Assembly (NCBI GenBank): GCA_047495785.1
Contig: JBLDXI010000001.1
Location: 3,596,001-3,660,000 of the forward strand
From: Lepidodermella squamata
Taxonomy: Eukaryota > Animalia > Gastrotricha
Reading direction: 5' to 3'
DNA: 64,000 nucleotides
Shown here piece by piece: positions 22,956 through 33,900 of the stretch (position 1 is the first letter of the stretch; every line of letters starts with the position of its first letter). The translations under genes were made by a program, and so were the position numbers. The notes beneath the pieces are model-generated. The model ran no database searches. It was not told the DNA's origin and saw nothing but the letters and a program-made list of their open reading frames with translations.

Positions 22956-25900
22956 TTATCTGCAATACTTCTCGTAGGCAATATTGATTTTCTCCAAGGT
23001 AGCGGGCCCTGTGTACATGCTTGCTCGACCGAACAGTAGCCGGTCCAAATCTGCTTTCGCGCATTTCGTCTCATTTCTGGGGCACTCGCACATCAAGTGT
23101 TGAAGCAGCAGCCAATTCGAAGGCTCGATGCCTTGAGCACCACACCATTTGCAGATGACCTTCTCCTCCCTCCGCTGGTTCACATAAACACTTACGCCAA
23201 AAGTCGAGTCAGTTCTTATGCATAATAGCGTTCTGCCTAATTTCGGGCCCAAATCTTTCAAATACCGTTCGGCGTAAGAAGCCTCACGCGATACAGGGTT
23301 AATCGACCACAACCGTGAGCCTTTGTCCTCTTCGTTCTCCTTTCTTGCGATTGCCGTGTACATGTTTCTGACAACAGCCTTCGCGGCGGCCGCGTTAGTA
23401 CCAGGTTTCGTCAGGCCGTTCAGTCCGATGTTTCCTAACTCCAACTCCGCCCTATGTACCTTGTTGTACATTTTTCGTGACATTGACATCAGCTGTGTCA
23501 GGTATGCTGCTTGCAACAGACTATCGTCACTCGACGTCTTCATTCGAAAATAAAATCTAATCGCGCAGTTTTTTCTCTCCGTATTCGCGTCAGGCAACCA
23601 GAGCTCTCTCTCCAGCAACCTTTGGCTGGTACATGTAGGCAGTCGGTAAGCTCTCTTGATCACCCTACAATGCAAGGGCGGAATAGCTGATTGCCTATCC
23701 AGGCCCCATAACTCCGCGCCGTAAAGTCCAGCCGCCAGAACGACCCCCTTATACAGTAGTCTGAGACTTGCAATCGGCAACTCGTTAAATTTTTCAAATA
23801 AGCTTGGCAAGAGCCCGGTAAGCCTCAGCAGCTTCAGTCTACTTTGGCGGATAGCCTCTTTGAAGGAAAGATCCTCGGAGAACCAAACACCCAAGTATTT
23901 AAAAATACTGACCTTTTCCAGCTCGACGTCGCCAAAGAACAGCGGTTTCGGTTCAGCTTCTTGTTCGCCGAAAATGACGTACTTCGTTTTCCGTCTGTTG
24001 ACTGTCAACCAGTTGTCTTTTTCGTACTTAAGCAGTCGATACAAATAGCCCTCCATTTCGTGTCGATGGGCCGACAGTATGACCACATCGTCTGCGAACA
24101 GAATACACCTCACGCTCTTGATGCCGAGAGGCAAACCAGCTACGCCTGGCATTTCCAGCGCTTCTTCCAGGTCGTCAATATAGACGCAAAACAACAGCGG
24201 CGACAGAGGGTCGCCCTGCTTCACCCCATCGTGAACATCGAAGGTAGCCGAGATCTCATCGCCCACCGATACCGCCGCCTTTGTGTCATCATACATGTCA
24301 CGTAGCATGGCAACGAATTGAAGCGGCACGCCACGTCGTTCGAGCTTCTTGAACAAAAGGTTGCGGTTGATCTTGTCGAACGCCGAGGAAAAGTCGACAA
24401 AAGTTGCATATACACGTGGATGACGCTCGCGCCAGTAGGCCATAGCAGCGTGCAGGACCATTGCCGCGTCTAATGTTGAGCAGCCTTCCTGGAATCCAAA
24501 TTGGCACTTTTGCAATTTCGAAAACAGACTGAGCCATTCTCTCAACCGAACATCCAAAATTTTCGAGAAAACTTTTGCAATGCAGGGTTGCAGTGATATC
24601 GGTCGGTAGTTGTTCGGGTCATTCGAGTCTCCCTGTTTGAAGACCGGTACTATCAAGGCGGTTTTCCACGCTTTCGGGTACGGTTGCCCGTTCAAAATAC
24701 CAGTGTAGATCTTGCTCAGCATCGGAGCCATAACGTCAATGTTAGCTCGGATATGTTGATATCCAATACCATCAAGGCCAGACGCAGATACGCTAGCACA
24801 TCTCTCAATCGCAGCTTTCACTTCATCAACCGAAATCGGATCTAGAATCATTTCCCTTCGAATCACACGACCATCGGGTAATTTCACCGAACTCTCGCTG
24901 GGCTTCATCGCATTCATGAATGGGTTGGACCAAGCACTTAGAGCATCCAGTTTGATCAATTTGGTGGGGACACCGTCGTCGATAGCAATTCGCTTCACTG
25001 CAGTAACAGTCACTTTCTCACGGGTAGCAGTCGGTTTCTCTTCGGCATATGGTTTTCCACCTCCTAGTGCTTTCATCAGGTGACAACGAAAAACTTCTAC
25101 CGGCGGCATTTGCTGTCTTCCTTCCTTACGCTTCAGCTCCCAGACCTTGTTGGGCTTTTCGACTAAGCATTTCAACCTAGCTTCATCAGACAAACGCGCC
25201 AATTTACTCGAGCGAGGAGCGACATTAGCAGCCGTAGCTTTCGGTTTTCGCCATTTCCAGTTAAGTTTCCGCGACTTTTCTGCCACTGATACGAGCTTTT
25301 CTGACATCGTTGCAACAGACTCATTACCCGTTAACCTTTTTGCCAAATCCTGAACCTCCAGCTTGAATAGCTGATCATCAATGTGAATTCGATCAAGGAC
25401 CGGGCTCTCGAAAGTGATTGTCACCACCAGCGAGCTGTGATCAGAGATACTTGAACGCTCCACCGCCATTTCTTCAATCAGTTCGAAGCTGTCGAGATCT
25501 ACCAAGGCATAGTCAACAACCGAATTACTTGCCGGACGGGTGACAGAGCGGCTCTTTTCAGGTGTGACTCTTCCGTTCAAAACAATCAAATTATAGCAGT
25601 TAACAAACTCGACAAATTCAGCTACCGAGTGGCCATTTCTCACATTGTCATCACTTACTCTTTTGGGTAGCGTTTCACAAATTTCTTCGGGGGCGTCTTT
25701 CTCCTCACCGAGACGGCTGTTAAAGTCACCAAGGAGCAGCACGGAGTCGTGGTTGCCACTTAATTCTCGCATTTTATCGTTGAATTCCTCCCAGCAAGTG
25801 GAGTCTTCGTGGCGATACAGCCATCCACACAGAACTTTGCCTCTAACTGATGTGATCGATAATGCCAATGCATATGCTGTTTCCCATACGACCCGACATC

Positions 25901-26123
25901 TTTCTGCGAGATTCTTCTTTACGTATACCACATTGCCGCCAGATAGCCTACCCCGGCCCACGCGTTTTCCAGGAGATGCAAACTTTTCGTAACCTTCAAT
26001 ATCTGGTAACACATCTTCATACTTCCAGGTTTCCATGAAGCCACACATGCTGCTGTCCTTCACCATTTTAGTCATTACTCCCAACTTCTCAGTGCAGTAG
26101 CCTTGGATGTTGGCACACCGCAC
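22956..26123 (-). CDS. LINE ORF2: AP endonuclease, reverse transcriptase, C-terminal CCHC finger
   Basis: APE motifs (ANIQG, METW, LGDFNSR, VVDY, SDH); RT motifs (NYRPISL, QFGF, FVDFSSAFD, GVKQGDPLSP, LFADD, KYLG); CKWC...HLMCEC. Confidence 0.95.
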   Translation of the reverse strand: MRCANIQGYCTEKLGVMTKMVKDSSMCGFMETWKYEDVLPDIEGYEKFASPGKRVGRGRLSGGNVVYVKKNLAERCRVVWETAYALALSITSVRGKVLCGWLYRHEDSTCWEEFNDKMRELSGNHDSVLLLGDFNSRLGEEKDAPEEICETLPKRVSDDNVRNGHSVAEFVEFVNCYNLIVLNGRVTPEKSRSVTRPASNSVVDYALVDLDSFELIEEMAVERSSISDHSSLVVTITFESPVLDRIHIDDQLFKLEVQDLAKRLTGNESVATMSEKLVSVAEKSRKLNWKWRKPKATAANVAPRSSKLARLSDEARLKCLVEKPNKVWELKRKEGRQQMPPVEVFRCHLMKALGGGKPYAEEKPTATREKVTVTAVKRIAIDDGVPTKLIKLDALSAWSNPFMNAMKPSESSVKLPDGRVIRREMILDPISVDEVKAAIERCASVSASGLDGIGYQHIRANIDVMAPMLSKIYTGILNGQPYPKAWKTALIVPVFKQGDSNDPNNYRPISLQPCIAKVFSKILDVRLREWLSLFSKLQKCQFGFQEGCSTLDAAMVLHAAMAYWRERHPRVYATFVDFSSAFDKINRNLLFKKLERRGVPLQFVAMLRDMYDDTKAAVSVGDEISATFDVHDGVKQGDPLSPLLFCVYIDDLEEALEMPGVAGLPLGIKSVRCILFADDVVILSAHRHEMEGYLYRLLKYEKDNWLTVNRRKTKYVIFGEQEAEPKPLFFGDVELEKVSIFKYLGVWFSEDLSFKEAIRQSRLKLLRLTGLLPSLFEKFNELPIASLRLLYKGVVLAAGLYGAELWGLDRQSAIPPLHCRVIKRAYRLPTCTSQRLLERELWLPDANTERKNCAIRFYFRMKTSSDDSLLQAAYLTQLMSMSRKMYNKVHRAELELGNIGLNGLTKPGTNAAAAKAVVRNMYTAIARKENEEDKGSRLWSINPVSREASYAERYLKDLGPKLGRTLLCIRTDSTFGVSVYVNQRREEKVICKWCGAQGIEPSNWLLLQHLMCECPRNETKCAKADLDRLLFGRASMYTGPATLEKINIAYEKYCR

Positions 26124-26162
26124 TCGCCACCTTTCTTCTTCTTTGTTTTCCCTCTCCCCCCG

Positions 26163-26586
26163 TCATAGGCGACGTGGGCGGAAGTGACCATCAAAGACGG
26201 TCGCATCCTCGTCACTGTCGACAACCTTCTTCGTAGTCGGGTCATAACGCAGTCGCGCAATGCCTTGGTCGTTGACCACTCGCAACCTCATGCTGCGGAC
26301 CTGGAAATAGCTGGTGCCCTCCACTTTATTTGGGTTTCTTCGCTTGCCCTCTTGAACGAGAGCTTTCTCAGCCTCCATAAGGTTCGCCGGCACAAAGCGG
26401 CGCATCCTAACGCCGTTCGGCAGTTCTTTCGTCATGTCCTCCAAATTTTCATTGGTGATCGCGCTGTTGACAGGGACCACCAGTATCGGGCGGTTGCTGT
26501 TGTCTTTCTTGAGACCCAGCCGACGGGCACGAAAGAAGACACCCTGCAGTCGCGGCACCGCTGTTTTCACAGCGTTGATCAGAGTG
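26163..26586 (-). CDS. LINE ORF1, C-terminal portion (5'-truncated)
   Basis: Open up to the 5' junction at 26586; RARRLG...NRPILV resembles the ORF1 RRM/CTD region of CR1/L2/RTEX-group LINEs. Confidence 0.75.
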
Positions 26587-26896
26587 ACCCCCTTTCTTCA
26601 GAAGTGGTTGTTTCTTGTTCGGTTCTTTTTTCTTGCCATTATTGATTTCATGATCTGGATACTTGCATGTTACTTATACATTCTTGAGATATCAGGTAAT
26701 AAGGTATTTTGCGACTTGCGACCTTATGCTAACTAGTTATTCCTGACTTCTGAATTTAATTCTCTCTGATTTATCCCCACTTCGTACCGCACTTCCTGCG
26801 GTAACTTGAAATTATCTTTTCACTGCTGGAGGACATTAAATGTTTCCTAAAAATGTTGCGCCGCATAAGCCAAATAAGGCTGGAGTCTTAATTTTG
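26587..26896 (+). repeat. 310-bp direct repeat, copy 2 (target-site duplication of the LINE)
   Basis: Identical to 22468-22777; starts exactly where ORF1 is truncated. Confidence 0.93.
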
Positions 26897-26998
26897 CATT
26901 TATTTACCAACATAATGTCTGTTTAGGTTGTTATTGTTGTTGTTGATCCCTTGGACAGTTTATATTGTTACTTTGTCGTTGAGTTTTGTTTCACCTGG

Positions 26999-28807
26999 AT
27001 GACAACATTAAAGCCGGGCGATTACCGGATATTGACTTCCAAGCAAATTGAATCCGATATGGATACCTTATCAAAGCTGGACTCAAAAAAGGCAAGCAAG
27101 GATGCTAAGAAAGATAAATCCAAAACATCACACTCGCCGAAAGGTGTGATGGGCAAATGGGTCTCTAAAGAAAAAACTCGGCCGATCATCTCGCCACCGA
27201 GTAACTTCGAACACACAGTTCACGTCGATTTCGACCCTGTCGTTGGTGAATTTGTCGGCATGCCCGAAGAATGGTTTAGAATTCTGAAAGGCTCGAACAT
27301 TAGCGAGGCGGAGCGAAAGCAAAATCCTCAGGCTGTTGTTGACGCGTTGAAATATTACACAGATAAAGGTCGAGGCGCTTATGGATCAGCTGAGCAGAAG
27401 TATATGACGAATGTGCAACACTCGTTTGCTTCGCTAGACGGCGGTTCCAACAAACTGTCGAATCCTTCGTTAGACGAAGAATTATCAGCTGGAACAAACA
27501 ACGGCGACTCCGATGGAGAAACTCGCGATGCCCCGCCTCGAATCCCCGAAAGGCCGGCCAAGACCTTGTCAATCTACACCCGGCCTGTTGATAACGAATA
27601 CGTCGTTGGTCATTCAGCTCAAGATGTTAACCCCTTAGCCGCTGTTGGTCGGGCTAATGGCAGTAAAAAGCGCATGACCGACGAAGAAGTCATGGAAAGA
27701 CTTCGAGCTATCGTTTCATTCGGCGACCCGAATCGGAAGTACATAAAACTCGAAAAAATCGGCCAGGGCGCGTCGGGTTCCGTCTTCATCGGCCGCGAAA
27801 TCTCAACAGGGCGAGAAGTCGCGATTAAACAAATGAAAATAGGTCAGCAACCGAAGAAGGAGCTTATCCTCAATGAAATTTTGGTCATGCGTGAAAATAA
27901 GAACGCAAATATTGTCAACTATCTCGACTCGTATCTTGTGAATGACGAATTATGGGTCGTTATGGAGTACCTGGCCGGCGGTTCGTTGACCGATGTCGTC
28001 ACGGAAACAATAATGGACGAGTGTCAAATTGCAGCCGTGTGCCGTGAATGCCTGCAAGCCCTCGAGTTTTTACACGAAAATCAGGTGATTCATCGAGACA
28101 TCAAGTCAGATAATATTTTGCTTGGCCTTGATGGCTCCGTGAAGCTGACCGATTTCGGCTTCTGCGCTCAACTATCGGCCGAACAGGCGAAACGGTCGAC
28201 TCTAGTCGGAACTCCGTATTGGATGGCGCCAGAAGTTGTGAGGCGGCAAGCGTACGGACCGAAAGTTGATATCTGGTCATTAGGTAATTACTTGAAAATT
28301 ATTCCGGTCAACCTGAAACGAAAAGAAAATTGGAGTATCCTAGAGGTCTCAAAATTAGAAATTCAAAAATCCTCGAGAATTACCCCCATTTTTCTTTCAA
28401 TTTTCATTTGGGCAAAATTCTCGCTCTCGGCAAAATTCTTCAATCTGACCTATTTATTGGCTAATTTATTCATTTTTTTGCACTTAGGTGTGATGTGCAT
28501 TGAATGTGTTGACGGCGAACCGCCATATCTGAACGAAGACCCATTGCGAGCGCTGTACTTGATAATGACCAACGGCAAGCCTGAATTCCGCAGCCGGGCC
28601 CAGTTGTCGGCCGAATTTTCCGATTTCCTCGACCGTTGCCTCGAGGTGGACGTGTCGCGGCGCGCCTCGGCCACCGAGCTCATGCGCCACCCGTTCGTCA
28701 AAAAAGCGAAGCCGCTCGCCTCACTGCGCCCGCTCATCCTCGCGGCGAAGAAAGTGCGCCAGGGCTCGGCGGGCCCGCAGCAGAACACGGCCGGGCCTAT
28801 TCGTTGA
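26999..28807 (+). CDS. PAK: Group I p21-activated kinase (PAK1/2/3-like)
   Basis: [20 protein letters not shown], autoinhibitory EFVGMPEEW...QNPQAV, PIX-binding PPRIPERP, kinase [31 protein letters not shown]; intron 28284-28487. Confidence 0.96.
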   Translation: MTTLKPGDYRILTSKQIESDMDTLSKLDSKKASKDAKKDKSKTSHSPKGVMGKWVSKEKTRPIISPPSNFEHTVHVDFDPVVGEFVGMPEEWFRILKGSNISEAERKQNPQAVVDALKYYTDKGRGAYGSAEQKYMTNVQHSFASLDGGSNKLSNPSLDEELSAGTNNGDSDGETRDAPPRIPERPAKTLSIYTRPVDNEYVVGHSAQDVNPLAAVGRANGSKKRMTDEEVMERLRAIVSFGDPNRKYIKLEKIGQGASGSVFIGREISTGREVAIKQMKIGQQPKKELILNEILVMRENKNANIVNYLDSYLVNDELWVVMEYLAGGSLTDVVTETIMDECQIAAVCRECLQALEFLHENQVIHRDIKSDNILLGLDGSVKLTDFGFCAQLSAEQAKRSTLVGTPYWMAPEVVRRQAYGPKVDIWSLGNYLKIIPVNLKRKENWSILEVSKLEIQKSSRITPIFLSIFIWAKFSLSAKFFNLTYLLANLFIFLHLGVMCIECVDGEPPYLNEDPLRALYLIMTNGKPEFRSRAQLSAEFSDFLDRCLEVDVSRRASATELMRHPFVKKAKPLASLRPLILAAKKVRQGSAGPQQNTAGPIR

Positions 28808-28955
28808 TGCATGCTAAAGACGTGATCGGAATTTTGTAGCCATCGCCGCCTCGTCTTTCATATGAGAAATTTGATGAGGGTCTATGCACAAGAAATGATG
28901 TGGCTTTAATGTTGTCGATAGTCAATGTGCTTCATATTATATATTATATTGTTCG

Positions 28956-29179
28956 TAGAGGAGAATAATCTGTCGAAGTAAACATTTTTTACGCAAGCGG
29001 AAAATTGCGGATAAAAATTCAATAATTTTTTAAGCCGAGAATATTTATGAATAATTTTAATTAGGATTTTAGGGTAAAATTTAGAGAATAGGCTTTTGTA
29101 CTTTTGAAATCAATTATTTATTTTATTCCGATTTTCCGCTCATGAGAAATGTTTACTCTGATCTGCTTTTCCACCTCTA
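28956..29179. mobile_element. Degenerate MITE-like inverted repeat downstream of PAK
   Basis: TAGAGG...AGTAAACATTT...AGCGGAAAAT mirrored by ATTTTCCGCT...AAATGTTTACT...CCTCTA. Confidence 0.5.
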
Positions 29180-30426
29180 TAATACGCTCTACTGATAACT
29201 GATAATAATATTTATTCCCACTTTTATTTATTGTTGAAAAATTATTACATATTTGTGGCACGGCCGTTCTTACTCTCAGCAGCAAGATTGAATAGGAAAT
29301 AGAAAACCAAACAAAAAATCCGGCCGTATTTATTGCTCGCTGTTTACCTGATGAGAAAAAAATCCGAAAAATACCGTGCTATTTATTATTTACCTACTAC
29401 ATACCAACCATTGCTCTTTTCACGCATCGGTGCTGGTGGCCGATGATTTTTTTTAGCATCGGCTCAAGTCCCTATCTTCGTTTTTATAGTCATTTGTCTC
29501 GCGAAAAGAATTTGTATATAAATGAGATGGCCTAACCAATCAAAATGAACGAATGTTGTCACGCCGCCGGTTGAAACCGCGAAAATCTTCACCGCTTCCC
29601 GTTTTTCGCTTTTCGTTTTGTTTTTGTTTTTTCGTTTCTGCTTTTTTACTGCTCCGAACACATGAAGATGATGAAATGATAGTAATAAACAAGACGCTTT
29701 CGTAATAATATGTTCGTTTTTGCCAATCAAGACCAGTGGTCACGCTTCATTGCCTTGCATTGTATAGGGTATCGATAAACAATTTGGTTCACCAGCCCCT
29801 CGGCGATTAAGTATATAGGAACTATTGAGGAAGCGCAACGGGTGGCAGCGAACCGTATCGGAGACTGTACTATTGTAACGTTTAGGAATCGACGCAGCGC
29901 AAGAGCGTATATGTGGTCAATTAGATGCGATTGAATGCATCGGATTGCTTCTTTGTACTCCATGCCCCATCGCATTAAATAAGGAAGAGTTGAAACCATG
30001 GACGAAATGGAGTGGAAACTATCAAGCCAACATGTCTCATAGGTTATCAGAGACTTATTTATTAGGCACCAAGTTTTTGCGCTTACGAAGAGCGTTTCGT
30101 ATCCGCAATTTCACAAAAAAATGTAATTTACGTAAAAATCCGAAAAACTGGGGCGATAAGTTGTTTGTTAAATTCCTGTATCTTATAGGTATAATTCCTC
30201 GGTTTCGAGATGTTACATTTTTGTTATTATGATAGATGTATAATGAGCATTTTAAAATGGTAAAAAATGACATTTTAGACATCGCATTTGGTAATTCCTC
30301 TGAATTTACTTTGATTGTGCTTCCCATGAGACACTCTAAATTGGGCTTACTACTCAGTTGGGTTTGATCCGCGGTTAATGAGCTTGGAAATTTTTTATTT
30401 TGCATTACATTCCCAAAAATCGGCGA

Positions 30427-30498
30427 AGCAGAGTGGCGCAGTGGAAGCGCGCTGGGCCCATAACCCAGAGGTCTGTAGATCGAAACTACGCTCTGCTA
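30427..30498 (+). tRNA. tRNA-iMet: Initiator tRNA-Met (CAT)
   Basis: AGCAGAG acceptor (A1:U72), CAT anticodon in a GGG/CCC stem, initiator T-loop ATCGAAA, downstream T run. Confidence 0.97.
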
Positions 30499-30614
30499 AA
30501 GCGATATTTTTACTTTTCCCCACTCAAATTATCTCGTTTTATATGCAAATTATTTTGATGAGCCATCGAGTGCTGAGTCGAGAATGTCGAGTCGTGGCTA
30601 AATCTATTGCCACT

Positions 30615-30773
30615 AAACTTACCTGGCACTGGGATGAACCGAGCTCAAGAATTCGGTCGCCCCAGGGCGAGGCGGGCCATTGCACTACGGCGCGCTGACC
30701 CCTGCGCTTTGCCTCATCGGCGGAGTCGGGTGCAAAATATTTCACTTGGGTACCGGCGTTCGCGCCTCACCCG
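30615..30773 (+). ncRNA. U1: U1 snRNA (variant)
   Basis: 5' AAACTTACCTGG, SL II loop CCATTGCACTACGG, GCAC/GTGC closing helix, terminal GGCG-TTCG-CGCC stem-loop, ~159 nt. Confidence 0.88.
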
Positions 30774-30912
30774 CTAAATCCAGAAAAATACTCAGCCATG
30801 TTAATCACTGATGCTTTATTAGCATGTCAAACGTTGGTTAAAACTCAAATTATTCCAGCAAGCAAAAATTCAAAAAAGAGTCCGAAAACGGGTTGAGTCT
30901 GTCATATTATTT

Positions 30913-33900
30913 TTATCGAGAATAAACCATGATTTCTGCGAGGGGCAATATGCCGAACTTTCGCCGGTTCAGGATGACGTATCTGCCCAACAGCGGCTTG
31001 GCGCAGTAATAGAAGTATGGACGCTGCGAATGGCGGTTGTCGAGTGTTTTAAGGCCATTGATGTAGTCGCAGATCGGATTGCTTGTAATCGATGCGATGT
31101 TGTTGCCAACTCGGACTTCAGTGTTCGCGAGGGTTTTGGCGAAAACGTCCGGGGGAAGGACAGCTATAACTCGAGCAACAGGGCGCGGAACTCCAAGATC
31201 GACAGCAAGCCAAGTTACTCCATTTCCGTCTGGTAAATATAGCATTATTTTAGTCTGAATCACAAGTTCGGGTGAAATCTTACCTGTGACGAAACCTCTC
31301 ACCATCATAGCCTGCTGACTGGTACCTGAGTAGGTTACGTAACCAGGGGTAGTCATTTGGGTGTTGATATCAGTAGTTTTGACAGTCGCAGTCACCGCTG
31401 TTGGCACAGAGCTTGCCGGCGAGAACATCAAAGGATTCACTCCAGTTGCCGAAGAGTGCGTTTCAATCACGCCTTGATCGTTATTGTCCTGATAAATTCC
31501 GATATATCGATTCGGGTTGATAGTCAGAGTGTCTGCTGCTGTCATCTCACTAATAAATGATCAAAATTATCACTTCATCAAACACAAAATTTCGGGATCA
31601 TTTTACAGGTAGTATTTCTCCCTCAGACTCTGGGGAAGGGTTATTGCATCTGTTTCGTTCAGAGCGTATTGAGTTGCCGTGCTTCTGGTCCAGGTTGAGA
31701 TGTAAACATTTTGCAGCCATGGGTAGTTCTGAGTGTTAATATTCATCTCCCACTGGGCTACTTTGCCTGAACAAGTCGATGAAGTTTGAGGCATACCACC
31801 GATAACGGATTTCGTTTCGGTAGAATGAGTTTCGTCAATCAATGTTGGCCAGCCGACGATGCAGGGTTGCCCTTAATACATTTCCAAATATCATTCAGAA
31901 AAGAGGGATTGTTGAGAACTTACCTGCAGCCATATTGAGGAATTGATATGTCTTGCCATCTGTCCCGAACTTGGAATAGTCAGCCGCATTTGCTGCAAAT
32001 GCTGTCGGCTGCAGGATGATCGCTCTCTTGTAAGCAATATTCTGCCACGGGTCATTGAATGAAAAGGCCGAAACATCGCAAATCTCAAGTTTCTGGTTAG
32101 GAGTGCTGCTGAGGAATGTCAGATAACGGCCCTTCGCTCGTGTCGCGATATCACCAGCGAAAAGATGAACTTCGGATCTATCACCGATTGGAGAAGGTTG
32201 GAACATCTCCGCCACTTTAGGGTTGGTAAGCGCAGTGGCTACGTTGGTAACCGGGGTATCTCCCAGAGTCACTGTCATCGGTGCGAACTGAGTGTCTTCA
32301 TAATCCGCCATACATCCGTAAATTCCAACCCTTAGAGCGATATAGTTGTACCAGCCCTGTAAGTAGGTGGATATTGAAAGGAAGCTGTATAAGGACCAGC
32401 TGATTTTACCTCGATGTGGAATCGAATGGAACGCAATGTTACGGGAGGTTGAAGGGCGTTGTCAACTACATTGTATGCCTCTGTGTTGGCTGTGAAATGG
32501 CGTACCCAACCGTCGTAGCCTTTGTAAGTTTCCCAGTCGACATCGTTGTAACTGTAGGAGAGACGGAAAACTGTGACCCAGCAACACGGACGAACGCCAC
32601 CTCCACCTCGTGTTGCAACCTATTTACAACAACAAAACCCTGAGATATATACTCCTAATAGCAAGAGAGGGATCTCCTCACCTTTGTGACTTTCAACAGA
32701 TTTCCGAAAGACCATTTCATCCAATGCTCTGTCAAGAAATCGACAGGATTCATGTACCAATGATTAGACAACTCGAGAATAGCGGCATCTGGAGTATCGC
32801 TACCGCTGACTCGCGCACTCACACTGACTCCTTGTGCATTGTAATGCAGCTTTCTGGTGCAAGTAAGGCCTCCCCCTGTTAATTTAGTTGGAGTCCTATT
32901 AGAACCTGTATTTTGCTTTTTGCTCAAAACGAACCTGGGCATCCTTTAATAGCCAGCCTCATAGACGGCCAGCCATTCCATGATTGAGGATGAACGTGAA
33001 TCCATCTTGTTCTCACCGAAGGATAGATGCGATTTTCAACCAAACCAGTGCGATCAGTATTGGCGTAGAAAGTCTGAAAGAAATGTGAGTTGAAGGCGGA
33101 AATTGCAATAGTTGCAAAGCTTACTTTTGCTCCGATGCCATTGACTTCAGGAACCCAAGACCAGCCATCATAATCTTCGCGACCATGCATAGCCACATAA
33201 TAAGAGGTCACCCATTCATTATTCGACGCACTGTGATGCCCGCGTGTCAAAATCGCTCTCACTTCCACTTCATAAGTAAAATGTATCCCGTACCATTCCG
33301 AAGTCGTGGGTGGTCGCCAAGTGGAGACTATTCAAACATTCAATCATTAGAGAACAAGTGTTTTCAACAAGAAATGGGTTACCATCGCTATCGATATGAG
33401 CGGGATTGAAGTCTTGACCGCCAGTCATGGCATAATACAATCCGTTTCCTTGTTGGCCCAAATTAGCCTCGCAGTAAGTCGGTCTCACTAGTGTTTCATT
33501 TAGTTTAATGAGAAATTTTATTCAACGGAAACAGCTTACATTCCAGCAATCCGGGGCAACCATACGTCATAGCTTGGATCTCGAACTTCGAGAGGGCTGC
33601 CGTATAGACATTCACGCACGCGGAGCTTCCGCTGGTTCCGCCGCCGTACCACGGACTACCGAACACAGAGACACCATCCGAGGCTGGAAGCGTGCATGTC
33701 GAAAATCCACTGCTAGTTTGGATAGGTTGGCCGTTGACATAAAGTATCATTATTCCATTAGGCTGGTCGCGAACCCAGGCAACGTGCATGAATCTGCCCG
33801 TAGGCATAGTAAAACTCGGCGTTTCGAAGTAACCATAAGTTCCGCTGGGGCTTGTGCATCCAAACCATCCGAATCTATAAAACAGTAAGATAATATGGCG

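Larger units (their letters stand above)
22778..26586 (-). mobile_element. 5'-truncated non-LTR retrotransposon, RTEX/RTE-like
   Basis: Truncated ORF1, intact APE-RT ORF2, 3'UTR with AATAAA (22816-22811) and an (ATC)10 tail (22777-22806), flanked by a direct repeat. Clade inferred from YGAELWG, C-terminal CCHC and short-repeat tail. Confidence 0.93.

Noticed and set aside
23323-25992. Antisense ORFs inside the LINE and other genes
   Set aside because: Shadows of real coding frames with no independent evidence.
22468-26896. Reading the 310-bp repeats as LTRs
   Set aside because: No TG...CA ends, PBS, protease or integrase; interior is APE-RT with a poly(A) signal and simple-repeat tail.
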